DNA of 64,000 nucleotides, taken from Candidatus Doudnabacteria bacterium. Its GTDB lineage: Bacteria > Patescibacteriota > Doudnabacteria > UBA920 > 2-01-FULL-46-14. The DNA is taken from positions 44,140-108,139 of the forward strand of contig JBGQGB010000002.1 in the NCBI GenBank assembly GCA_041497195.1, read 5' to 3'. This document shows positions 45,374 through 54,477 of this stretch, one piece after another. Every line of letters starts with the position of its first letter. Position 1 is the first letter of the stretch. The notes beneath the pieces were generated by a model. That model was not told where the DNA came from. It made no database searches and was given only the letters and a program-made list of their open reading frames with translations. The translations under genes and the position numbers were made by a program.

Positions 45374-46957
45374 ATGATCAGAACAGGACCTGTCATAAAA
45401 CTCAAAACTTTTTTATTGGCGACCCCAGTGGTGGTCGTCGGGCTTTTGGGCTTGGTCCCCGTGGCGCAGGCGGCCCCGGCTTTCAACGCTTTCCCGATCA
45501 GCTATACGCCGCAAACCAATATGGATTTGCCCATGATCGACGCCCGCAACGTCACCCAGAGCGGATCTTTCAGTACTTCCCAAGCTGACCATGATTCGGG
45601 CGTTTCCGCCAATCCCGGAGACGTCATCGAATTTGAAATTTACTATCACAACGCCGCCGTGGCCGAGGATGCCGCCACCAATGTCCTCATCAAGGCCTCC
45701 CTGCCCGGCGGGACCAGGCAGTCGCACGAGGCTTCCGCCACTATCAGTTCGGACCAGACGGCGACAGTCAGTAGCACTGACGCCTTCCGTGGCGGCAATA
45801 TTTTCATCAATATCAACGGCTCAGCGCAGACCCTGACCTTCATGCCCGGCTCGGTGCAATGGTTTCCCCAGCGATCTTCGACCGCCAGCTCTTTGTCCAA
45901 CTCGGACAATCTCCTGGGGAGCGGGGTCAATATCGGCACAGTCCAGGGTTGTTTCAATTTTTCCGGGTTTCTCACTTTTCAGGCGCAGGTGGGCAATCAA
46001 ACTACTACCACCACAACTCAAAATCAGAATTTGTCCATTTCCAAACAGGTTTTGAACGTGACTCGCGGGGACAACAATTACAACCAGTCCACCACAGCCA
46101 ATCCCGGCGATCGAGTCAGATTTCGCGTCTCTTTCAATACTTCCGGCACTGGTTCGCAGACCAATGTGATTGTCCGGGATATCTTGCCGCCGCAGTTGAG
46201 CTATGTCTCAGGCACTCTGCAGCTGGACGGGTCAGCGGTCTCCAATCAATTTGATTTTTTTGGCGCTGGCCTGAACCTCGGCACGCAATTTGCGGGGAAT
46301 TCCCATACCCTGATTTTTGACGCCAACGTGGCCCAGGGGCAGGCTTTCAGCGGGAGTTCTTCTTTAATAAACACTGCCAACGTCCGCAGCGACCAGGTCT
46401 TCACTCATCAGGATCAGGTCACTGTTTCGGTGCAACAGGTGCAGGGAGTGGCGCAATCCAGCCTCCGTAAAACCGCTTTCAACGTGACCCAGGGAGTCGA
46501 CGCCACTATCCGGCCCGCCAACCCGGGCGACATCATCGCCTATTCTTTGTACTTTAAAAATACCGGCCAAACTGCCATCAGTGGGGCCGTTATCCAGGAT
46601 GATATTTCTGACGTGGAGCAGCTCTCGCAGGTCGTGGATCAGGGGGGTGCCACTTCATTGAACGGGTCCATTGTCTATGCCCCGGTTGACGTGCCGGCGG
46701 GCGTGGAAGTCAGCCGGACTTTTCAGGTCAAAGTAATGGCTGCCAATCTAATCCCGAGCAATTCCGATTTGGTCATGGATAATGTTTATGGCAACGAAGT
46801 GCGCATTTTGGTGAACCGGCCCCAGGTCCGCGGCGCCACCGTGCCGCCTCGCACGGGGCCTAACGAATGGTTCCCGGTGGTGCTTGCGTCTTTGGCGACA
46901 GCAGGATATGCTGTGCGTAGGAAGTTGAAATCCCGCGTAGCTGCGATCGCGAAGTAA
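45374..46957 (+). CDS. Secreted DUF11 surface protein, paralog of 43460..45352, with a C-terminal sorting-signal-like tail (VPPRTG, a hydrophobic stretch, then RRKLKSR)
   Basis: Shared N-terminal module (FPISYT...SQADHDS...ANPGDV...YYHN). DUF11-type segments. Tail at 46841-46954. Confidence 0.6.
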   Translation: MIRTGPVIKLKTFLLATPVVVVGLLGLVPVAQAAPAFNAFPISYTPQTNMDLPMIDARNVTQSGSFSTSQADHDSGVSANPGDVIEFEIYYHNAAVAEDAATNVLIKASLPGGTRQSHEASATISSDQTATVSSTDAFRGGNIFININGSAQTLTFMPGSVQWFPQRSSTASSLSNSDNLLGSGVNIGTVQGCFNFSGFLTFQAQVGNQTTTTTTQNQNLSISKQVLNVTRGDNNYNQSTTANPGDRVRFRVSFNTSGTGSQTNVIVRDILPPQLSYVSGTLQLDGSAVSNQFDFFGAGLNLGTQFAGNSHTLIFDANVAQGQAFSGSSSLINTANVRSDQVFTHQDQVTVSVQQVQGVAQSSLRKTAFNVTQGVDATIRPANPGDIIAYSLYFKNTGQTAISGAVIQDDISDVEQLSQVVDQGGATSLNGSIVYAPVDVPAGVEVSRTFQVKVMAANLIPSNSDLVMDNVYGNEVRILVNRPQVRGATVPPRTGPNEWFPVVLASLATAGYAVRRKLKSRVAAIAK

Positions 46958-46984
46958 CCGCTAAAAAAATATAAAATTTCAATT

Positions 46985-47012
46985 TGCAAAACCGCTTTTT
47001 CAGGCGGTTTTG
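46985..47012. terminator. Palindromic hairpin AAAACCGC...GCGGTTTT
   Basis: Seen directly downstream of the DUF11 gene. Confidence 0.4.
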
Positions 47013-47054
47013 TCTTCCTAAGAGCTAAAAATTCTTTATACACACCGAAAAACC

Positions 47055-48185
47055 ATGCTCAATCCGCAAACCATTGGCGATCTGGCACAGGCTTTTGAAT
47101 CCGCTCCGGGTGGTTTTTTGGTAGTTGACAGCGGGCGGCCGCGGTTTGCCGTTTTGACATTCGAGACTTATCAGAGTCTCAAGAGCGCTCCGGAAGTCCC
47201 ACAGCGCCTCAAACGCATCCTGGTCACCGGAGGCGCGGGGTATATCGGCTCCGTGACTGCGCGACTGCTCCGGCAGAATGGCTACGAGGTCATTATCTAC
47301 GACAATTTTTCCACCGGGCGGCGAGAAAACGTGAGCGGCTACAAAGTCATCGAGGGCGACCTGGCCGATCGCGCACTTTTGGACAAGGTTTTTCGCGAGG
47401 AGCAGATTGACGCGGTCATGCATTTTGCCGCCTTCATAGATGCCGGTGAATCGGTCCGGCAGCCGGATAACTATTTTCAAAACAACGTCGTCAACGGCCT
47501 CAACCTGCTGGACGCCATGGTCGCGCACAAAGTCGGCAAGCTGGTGTTTTCTTCCAGCGCCGCAGTATATGGAGATTCCGGAGAGCCGACCATAGCCGAG
47601 TCCTCCCCGTGCAGTCCCACCAATCCGTACGGTGACAGCAAACTCATTTTCGAAAAATTTTTGCGCTGGTACGGCTCCTCCTTCGGCCTTGATTCCGTGA
47701 GTCTGAGGTATTTCAACGCCGCTGGCGCGTGGCCGCAGGAGGGTTTGGGCTATGCCAACCGCGGCGGCGAATCACATTTGATTCCGCGAATTCTGGACGC
47801 GGCCATGGGCAAAATTCCCGAGATCGAAATTTACGGCCAGGATTATGCGACTCCGGACCGGACGTGCGTGCGCGACTATGTCCATGTTTTGGATTTGGCG
47901 GAAGCGCATCTTTTGGCTCTGAAAAAACTCCAGAAGGACACCGGGGTCCACGCGTACAATGTCGGCACCGGGCAGGGCCACTCGGTTCTGGAAGTGATCG
48001 AAAACGCCGTGGAGATAACCGGTCGGATGATTGCCATGAAATTTGGTTCACGCCGCCTGGGAGACCCGGCGAAACTGATTGCCAATAGCAGCAAACTGGG
48101 GCGCGAGTTTTCCTGGCGCCCGAAATACGGGCTCAAAGAAATCCTGGAAACATCCTGGGATTGGCACCAGCGAATCGGCAAATAG
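47055..48185 (+). CDS. galE: UDP-glucose 4-epimerase with a ~50-aa N-terminal Phd/YefM-antitoxin-like extension
   Basis: Rossmann motif RILVTGGAGYIGS, YGDSK (YxxxK). An in-frame N-terminal DLAQAFESAPGGFLVVDSGRPRFAVLTFETYQSL precedes it, with no alternative start codon. Confidence 0.75.
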   Translation: MLNPQTIGDLAQAFESAPGGFLVVDSGRPRFAVLTFETYQSLKSAPEVPQRLKRILVTGGAGYIGSVTARLLRQNGYEVIIYDNFSTGRRENVSGYKVIEGDLADRALLDKVFREEQIDAVMHFAAFIDAGESVRQPDNYFQNNVVNGLNLLDAMVAHKVGKLVFSSSAAVYGDSGEPTIAESSPCSPTNPYGDSKLIFEKFLRWYGSSFGLDSVSLRYFNAAGAWPQEGLGYANRGGESHLIPRILDAAMGKIPEIEIYGQDYATPDRTCVRDYVHVLDLAEAHLLALKKLQKDTGVHAYNVGTGQGHSVLEVIENAVEITGRMIAMKFGSRRLGDPAKLIANSSKLGREFSWRPKYGLKEILETSWDWHQRIGK

Positions 48186-48231
48186 CTAAGCCCTGCGGCT
48201 GTCAGGGCTTTTTGTTATACTAAAAAAAGCT

Positions 48232-49098
48232 ATGCCAATAAACATTTCACAAAAATCCGCCGGCGATTTTTCCCTGCCGGCCCTGGGCTTGGGGACGTGG
48301 CAAATGGGCAGGGGAGGCGATGAAGCGGATGTGGCCGCGATCCAGGAAGCGATCCGCCTGGGGATCACGCACATTGATACGGCTGAGGTGTATTCCGACG
48401 GGCACAGTGAAGAAGTCATCGGCCGCGCGATCAAAGATTTTGACCGGGCGAATTTATTTATCACCAGCAAGGTTCGCGCCAGGCATCTTCGCCAGGATGA
48501 CGCCATTGCTTCCGCCAAAGCCAGCTTGCGGCGGTTGGGCCTCGCATATCTGGACCTATACCTGATCCACGGGCCCAATCCGGAGATTCCGCTCAAGGAG
48601 ACGTTTCGCGTTCTTGATTTTTTGTTTGAGCAAGGGCTCATCCGCCATCTGGGTGTTTGCAATTTCGATCAGCCGTTTTTGGAAGAGGCAATGGCAGCGA
48701 CAAAATATAAAATCGTCAACCATCAGATTCATTTCAATTTGAGTGCCAGGGCGTATGCGCAAAACGGCGTCCTGGATTTTTGCGAAAAACACCAAATTTT
48801 AATTACGGCCTGCCGGCCGCTGGCTCACGGACAATTCGCCCAGCCAGGCCACCCGCTCCTCGACAGCATGGCGGCAAAATACGGCAAGACCCCGGCGCAG
48901 ATCGCGCTCAATTGGGTGATGGCTCACAGAAACGTCGTGACTATAGTGAAAACTGCCAATCTTGAGCATTTGCGAGAGAACCTTGGTTCGCTCGGCTGGC
49001 AATTGGACCAAGCGGACATTCAGAAATTGACCCAGCAATTTCCCGTCGGGGAAACAAAATACGTTGGGATAGCCCCGGACCACAAACCCACGGTTTAG
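48232..49098 (+). CDS. Aldo/keto reductase
   Basis: AKR pattern (GLGTWQMG, the D/Y/K/H tetrad region, LDLYLIHGP). Confidence 0.75.
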   Translation: MPINISQKSAGDFSLPALGLGTWQMGRGGDEADVAAIQEAIRLGITHIDTAEVYSDGHSEEVIGRAIKDFDRANLFITSKVRARHLRQDDAIASAKASLRRLGLAYLDLYLIHGPNPEIPLKETFRVLDFLFEQGLIRHLGVCNFDQPFLEEAMAATKYKIVNHQIHFNLSARAYAQNGVLDFCEKHQILITACRPLAHGQFAQPGHPLLDSMAAKYGKTPAQIALNWVMAHRNVVTIVKTANLEHLRENLGSLGWQLDQADIQKLTQQFPVGETKYVGIAPDHKPTV

Positions 49099-49151
49099 CT
49101 AATATGTTATAATAAAGTCTGCGGATTTTTTTATTTTTTTCAAATCAACTA

Positions 49152-49904
49152 ATGGCTCGAAACATAAAATTATCAGTAGTGGTGCCAGCGTACAACGAGG
49201 GGAAGCGGATTGCGCAGACTTTGGAGGATATTGACCGCTACCTGGAGAGGCAAGGTTACGACTACGAGATTATTGTCGTCGATAACGGCAGTAAGGATAA
49301 TACCTGTGACGTCGTCAAAGAATATCAGGCCAAGGGCGTCAAAAACGTGGTCAGATTGTGTTTGTCCCAGAGTGTGGGCGCCAAAGGCAGTGCGGTCCGT
49401 CTCGGCATCGTGGATTATGCTCTGGGTGAGTACATCATGTTTATGGACGCGGACAATGCCACCCCGATTTCCGAGATAGAAAAATTCTGGCCGTATCTGG
49501 AGAATGGCCAATATCAGGTCGTCATCGGCTCCCGCTACGTGGCAGAGTCGGATGTGACCAAAAAACAGCCCCTTTACCGGATCGTCCTGAGCCGCCTGAG
49601 CAATATGCTCATCCAGCTTCTGGCGGTGCCGGGGATCAAAGACACCCAGCTCGGATTCAAGGCGTTTAGCCACGATGCGGCCAAAGACATTTTTGCCGCG
49701 GTGACAGTGCAGGGCTGGGGGTTTGACATGGAGGTTTTGACCATTGCCAAAACCCGCGGGTATAGAATCAAAGAAGTGGGCGTGCTCTGGCACGAGAGCG
49801 GCGGCAGCCACGTGCCCCTGACTGCGTATCTGCAAAGTTTGCGGGACCTCTTGAAAATTAAACTCAATTCCCTGGCGGGAAGATACGCAAAAAAAAGCAG
49901 ATGA
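49152..49904 (+). CDS. GT2 glycosyltransferase (Dpm1/GtrB-like polyprenyl-phosphate sugar transferase)
   Basis: LSVVVPAYNEGKRI and the DxD motif FMDADN. Confidence 0.75.
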   Translation: MARNIKLSVVVPAYNEGKRIAQTLEDIDRYLERQGYDYEIIVVDNGSKDNTCDVVKEYQAKGVKNVVRLCLSQSVGAKGSAVRLGIVDYALGEYIMFMDADNATPISEIEKFWPYLENGQYQVVIGSRYVAESDVTKKQPLYRIVLSRLSNMLIQLLAVPGIKDTQLGFKAFSHDAAKDIFAAVTVQGWGFDMEVLTIAKTRGYRIKEVGVLWHESGGSHVPLTAYLQSLRDLLKIKLNSLAGRYAKKSR

Positions 49905-51940
49905 AAAAATTCCTCACCACTTTCCTAATACTGGTGGTATTCTCTGGCTATTTTCCAGGGGCTACAAACTTTTCTCAGCCGGGAGTTTTAATAGTCAGGC
50001 TCCGTGCCGGCACGCCGCCGTCTTTTCTCGCACCTTTTTCCCATACTCAGGATCAACTGTTTGACAATGTCTACCGGCTCAGTGTGGCGGACACGGCGCG
50101 GGCTTTGCAGTCGCTGCGAGCTGACACGCACGTCGTTTACGCCGAGACCGACGGAGCAGTGAAAACCACAGTCAACGCGGCCGACCCTTTGTTTGTGTTG
50201 GATACCCAAGCTTTGTCCAAGCAGTGGTATTTGCCGAAGATTCTCGTTCATCAAGCTTGGCAGCAGACCGTGGGCATCGGGATTACCATTGCTGTAGTTG
50301 ATACCGGCATTGACGGCAAACACGAGGACCTAAGCGACGGCCGCGTCATCGGCGGCTATGCCAGCTATTGCCAAGCCATGAGCCAGTCGGTACCCAATGA
50401 TTGTTTGATCAAAGTGAACGGCGAACTCGCCCCCGGCGTCAACTCTGACGACAACGGTCACGGCACCATTGTGGCCGGTCTCATCGGCGCGATTGCCAAT
50501 AACAACAAAGGCATTGCCGGGATTGACTGGAATGTCAAACTGATGCCGATCAAAGCGCTGGATGCGAGCGGCTCCGGCCTCGCTTCGGACGTAGCCACCG
50601 GCATCAAGTGGGCTGCTGATCACGGGGCCAAGATTATCAATATGTCAGTGGGCGGGCAGGGCCTCGACGGCCTGCAAGTGTTGCAGGATGCCATCACTTA
50701 TGCCTACAACAAGGGCGTGCTGATCGTGGCGGCGGCCGGCAACGACGCAGCTGAGAATGGGGCGGATCTCAACAACAGTCCCGTACTGCCTGTATGCGCG
50801 GACGGGGGGCGGAATATGGTCATTGGCGTGGCCGCCGTGGACGTAGCGGATCAAAAAGCCAAGTTTTCCAACTACGGCTCCAACTGCATCGATATCTCGG
50901 CGCCCGGCACCGGCAATTTTATTGACAAGGAACACAAGCAGGGCGTTGTTTCGACGTATTATGATCCGACCAAACCGGGCGAGCAGGACCTCTACGTTTA
51001 CGCGGCTGGTACTTCGGTCTCGGCTCCGATCATTAGCGGGGTGGCGGGCCTGATGATGTCCGCCTTTCCGGACCTGGATGCGAACGCGATCCGCACCCGA
51101 CTCTTAAGCTCCGTTGATAACATTGATTTGCAAAATCAGTCCGGTTGCGGCAGCGGCAGTTGCGTGGGGCAGCTCGGCAGCGGCCGCATCAATGCGCTCA
51201 AAGCCGTGACTTTGGCCACCACTTTCAATTCCGGCTCTCTTGTTCGCGATCCGCAGGGAAACATATTTTTAATTGAACAGGGCCTGAAGCGGCCGGTGTC
51301 GTCGTACGTGCTGGCGCAGCGGTTTGCGGGTGTGGCAGTGGTCGCGGCTTCAGCCAACCAGCTCGACAGTTTTCCCATCGGCTCCGCCCTGCCGCCCACA
51401 GACGGCGGCATAGTGAAGGACCAGAGCAATCCGACTGTGTATTTGATCGACGCTGGCCAGCGGCGCGCCATGTCATACATCGCTTTCATTTCCCGCGGTT
51501 TGCACTTCGAAAACATCACTATTTTGACCTCGCCAGAAATCACTTCATACCCTCAGGGCGCAGACGCTGCCGTGGTCAACGGCGCGCTTCTCAAGTCTGC
51601 TGATTCGCCGGCAGTGTACATTTTGAACAGCAATACCCGCGAGCTCCTTTCGTATTTTGTGTTCAAGCAGCGGAATTTCCGAAATCAAGTCATCGGCGTG
51701 TTGCCCCTGGACCAGCTGGGCCAATACCCTTTGGATCCGAACGGATTTTTGTATCCGCCTCTGGACGGGACCCTGATCCGCGGCGATAGTGTGGCGACCG
51801 TGTATGTGATTCAGGGTAGTACGCGCCACGGCCTCTCGCTGCAGGCATTTCAGAGTCACAATTACCGGTTTGCGGACGTCAATGTCCTGCCGCAAAGCGA
51901 AGTGAGCGGCTATCAAGCTGGCCCTGATATTTTGAACTAA
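49901..51940 (+). CDS. Secreted subtilisin-like (S8) serine protease with four C-terminal ~55-aa tandem repeats
   Basis: Asp in VVDTGID, His in HGTIVAGLIG, Ser in GTSVSAPIISG. Signal peptide. Repeats of the form VYLIDAGQRRAMSY... Confidence 0.8.
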   Translation: MKKFLTTFLILVVFSGYFPGATNFSQPGVLIVRLRAGTPPSFLAPFSHTQDQLFDNVYRLSVADTARALQSLRADTHVVYAETDGAVKTTVNAADPLFVLDTQALSKQWYLPKILVHQAWQQTVGIGITIAVVDTGIDGKHEDLSDGRVIGGYASYCQAMSQSVPNDCLIKVNGELAPGVNSDDNGHGTIVAGLIGAIANNNKGIAGIDWNVKLMPIKALDASGSGLASDVATGIKWAADHGAKIINMSVGGQGLDGLQVLQDAITYAYNKGVLIVAAAGNDAAENGADLNNSPVLPVCADGGRNMVIGVAAVDVADQKAKFSNYGSNCIDISAPGTGNFIDKEHKQGVVSTYYDPTKPGEQDLYVYAAGTSVSAPIISGVAGLMMSAFPDLDANAIRTRLLSSVDNIDLQNQSGCGSGSCVGQLGSGRINALKAVTLATTFNSGSLVRDPQGNIFLIEQGLKRPVSSYVLAQRFAGVAVVAASANQLDSFPIGSALPPTDGGIVKDQSNPTVYLIDAGQRRAMSYIAFISRGLHFENITILTSPEITSYPQGADAAVVNGALLKSADSPAVYILNSNTRELLSYFVFKQRNFRNQVIGVLPLDQLGQYPLDPNGFLYPPLDGTLIRGDSVATVYVIQGSTRHGLSLQAFQSHNYRFADVNVLPQSEVSGYQAGPDILN

Positions 51941-51944
51941 TAAT

Positions 51945-53840
51945 ATGCGCGGCATCAAAACAAAAACTTTTGCTATTTTTTTGATTGGCCTTTTTCTATC
52001 CCAGCCTTTAGTGGCAGCTGCGGATGATGTTTTCAATCCCAGTCTGCTTATTGCGGACGAGCGGTTTTCTGATATCGGCACGCTCGGTGGGCCGGAAGGT
52101 ATCCAGAAATTCCTGGAAAGCAAAGGCAGTGTGCTCGGCAATACTTCTGCGGCGTTTTTGCAGAAATTACGCGAGCCCGGGGACCAGACGCTCAAAAGCC
52201 GTTTGCCAGACCCGCGCCCCAATCTCGGGCGGCTGCGCACTGCGGCTGAGCTCATCTATGACGCATCGACCTCGGCGGGTCTCAATCCCCAGGTCGTGCT
52301 CGTGACTTTGGAAAAAGAGCAGACCCTGATCGACGGCACCTTCAGCACGGATCAGAGTTTGCAGCGCGCCCTGGATCACGGATTGGGCTTTGGCTGCCCG
52401 GATGAGGGCGGCTGCAGCGACGTGTTCCTGGGGTTTTATTTCCAGCTCTTTGGCAATTTTGACTCGGGCGGCAACCGCTATATCGGCATGCCCATGTCCT
52501 TGATCCGCAGTTTCAACTACGAAGTCGGCGGCATCAGGGTGGGCCGCGGTCCGCTGGTGGATGCGAGTAATACCACTTTTGGCGGCGTACGGGTGCGCAC
52601 TGCCATAAAAGGCGACACTATCACCCTGGACAATACCCAAGGCCCTCCCAACAATGCCCAGCCCACGCAGGTGGTCACTCTGACCAATTTCGCCACTACA
52701 GCCCTCTATCGCTACACACCGCACGTGTATAATGGCAATTATAACTTTTACAAATTTTTCTCAGCCTGGTTCAAATATCCGGATGGGACTCTCATCCAAA
52801 CTTCCGGAGACCCGAGGATTTATGTGATTGACAGTGGCTTGCGCCGTCAGATTTCCCAGCTCGTTATCTCCCAGCGCGGGCTCAATCCCGCTAGTGTCAT
52901 CGCTTTGTCGAGTCTGGAATTTGCCGGCTTTTCCCTCGGTGATGTGATGGTGCCAAAAGAGGGGACAATACTCAAAAACTCAGCCGGCAAATATTATCTG
53001 ATAGAAAACCAGACTCGCAAACTCCTCTCTACCTTTGTGGCGACTCAGCGCAAGCTCAATCTCGCTACAGCTGTAGCAGTGCCTGATGACGAGCTCACTT
53101 CATACAAAGGCGGCGGGGTGGCTCTGCCCGCAGAAGGGACTCTGGTCAAATCCAGTGACAACCCCGCTGTCTATGTCATCACCAACAACCAAAAACGTCT
53201 GCTCTCTGCCTTTGTTTTCAAGCAGCGCAGTTATAAATTCGCTGATGTTTTGGCTGCTGCTCCGGGCGAGCTGGACTCATACCCGAGTGGCTCGGTGATG
53301 CCGCCTCTGGATGGCACACTGGTCAAGGCGAGTGAAGAGGCAGCAGTCTACTATGTCGGCAACGGGCAGCTGCAGCCCATGACGTTTTTCTCATTTACGC
53401 AAAACGGGTTCAAGTTCAAAGACGTCATAGCAGTGCCAAAAGCCGAGCTCATCGCCTGGCAAGTGGGCAAGCCCTTGCCGCCTCCCACTGGCCTGCTGGT
53501 CAAATCGCCGACAAGCCCTGGAGTGTACTATCTGGAGTCAGGCACCCGACGGCCAGTCTCATACGTGGTCTTTGTGTCGCGGCGGTTCGATTTCAAAAAA
53601 GTGATAGTGGCAGCTGACAGCGATATCGCGGCCATCGAGCTGGGGACACCTCTCGATCTGCCAAATTTGGCGCTGGTGAAAACTGCGGATAGTGGGACAG
53701 TGTATTATCTGGTGGATGGCACGCTGCGGCCGCTGACGCTGACTGCTTTCAAAAATCGCAGGCTTCTATTCAGCGACGTGGTGACCCTCAGTCCTGAGGA
53801 TTTCGCCAAATATCCCGTAGGAGCAGTGGTGCAGAATTGA
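51945..53840 (+). CDS. Secreted protein with an unknown N-terminal domain and six ~55-aa tandem repeats of the type found in the adjacent S8 protease
   Basis: Signal peptide. Repeat consensus DGTLVKxSDxPAVYxIxNGxKRxLxSxxVFxxRxFKFxDVxxVxxxELxxYPxG. Confidence 0.6.
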   Translation: MRGIKTKTFAIFLIGLFLSQPLVAAADDVFNPSLLIADERFSDIGTLGGPEGIQKFLESKGSVLGNTSAAFLQKLREPGDQTLKSRLPDPRPNLGRLRTAAELIYDASTSAGLNPQVVLVTLEKEQTLIDGTFSTDQSLQRALDHGLGFGCPDEGGCSDVFLGFYFQLFGNFDSGGNRYIGMPMSLIRSFNYEVGGIRVGRGPLVDASNTTFGGVRVRTAIKGDTITLDNTQGPPNNAQPTQVVTLTNFATTALYRYTPHVYNGNYNFYKFFSAWFKYPDGTLIQTSGDPRIYVIDSGLRRQISQLVISQRGLNPASVIALSSLEFAGFSLGDVMVPKEGTILKNSAGKYYLIENQTRKLLSTFVATQRKLNLATAVAVPDDELTSYKGGGVALPAEGTLVKSSDNPAVYVITNNQKRLLSAFVFKQRSYKFADVLAAAPGELDSYPSGSVMPPLDGTLVKASEEAAVYYVGNGQLQPMTFFSFTQNGFKFKDVIAVPKAELIAWQVGKPLPPPTGLLVKSPTSPGVYYLESGTRRPVSYVVFVSRRFDFKKVIVAADSDIAAIELGTPLDLPNLALVKTADSGTVYYLVDGTLRPLTLTAFKNRRLLFSDVVTLSPEDFAKYPVGAVVQN

Positions 53841-54093
53841 GGGATGATTACTTCAGCCCGATTCCCATCAGGCACCCCACCGAGCACGAACCGAGGATAA
53901 AGCCTCGCTTTTGGCCAGATAATTTCATATTCTTGACTCTAGTATAGCCTCCATGATACTATCTACACAGTAAGGGAGTGCTAAGAAATGGCGAGTTTAT
54001 TAGTCTGAATTGCTGTGAATCCCTTATTTGGAAATCGCTAAACCCACCGCCCTCTGGTTCGCCGGACGGCGGTTTTTAGTCTATAATTGTTAT

Positions 54094-54249
54094 ATGAAAA
54101 CGGCTATAGTTTTTATTGATGGAAATAATCTATATCACCGTATTAAAAGTGTGGCCGAGTTTTATTTGAGAGAAACGGGTAAAGAATACGGAACAATTAA
54201 TTTTGATTTCAAGAACTTTGGGATGGTATTTCCGTGTGACACCCAATAG
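54094..54249 (+). pseudogene. Remnant of a NYN/LabA-like domain gene (only the N-terminal 51 codons are intact) in an AT-rich patch
   Basis: MKTAIVFIDGNNLYHRIKSV matches the NYN N-terminal motif. The ORF stops at 54249. A further out-of-frame fragment follows at 54203..54406. Confidence 0.4.
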
Positions 54250-54477
54250 TATACGAATCCCGGGTAAAAGTCAATGGGAGGCGGTTTTGTCATCCGTTTT
54301 CTGTTTTAGCTTTTCTCGGGTGCCCAGCTGCTTATTTGAACGGGATAAAAAAACCGACCCCGCTTTCAAGGAAGCGTTGGACCAATTCGCGCGAATAGGC
54401 GAATAGCTTTGAGAGTGTTTTTTTCGGGGTCTACCTAGGTGACCGAAGCGTCAAGCCATTTGTGTTATAATTAGCCC

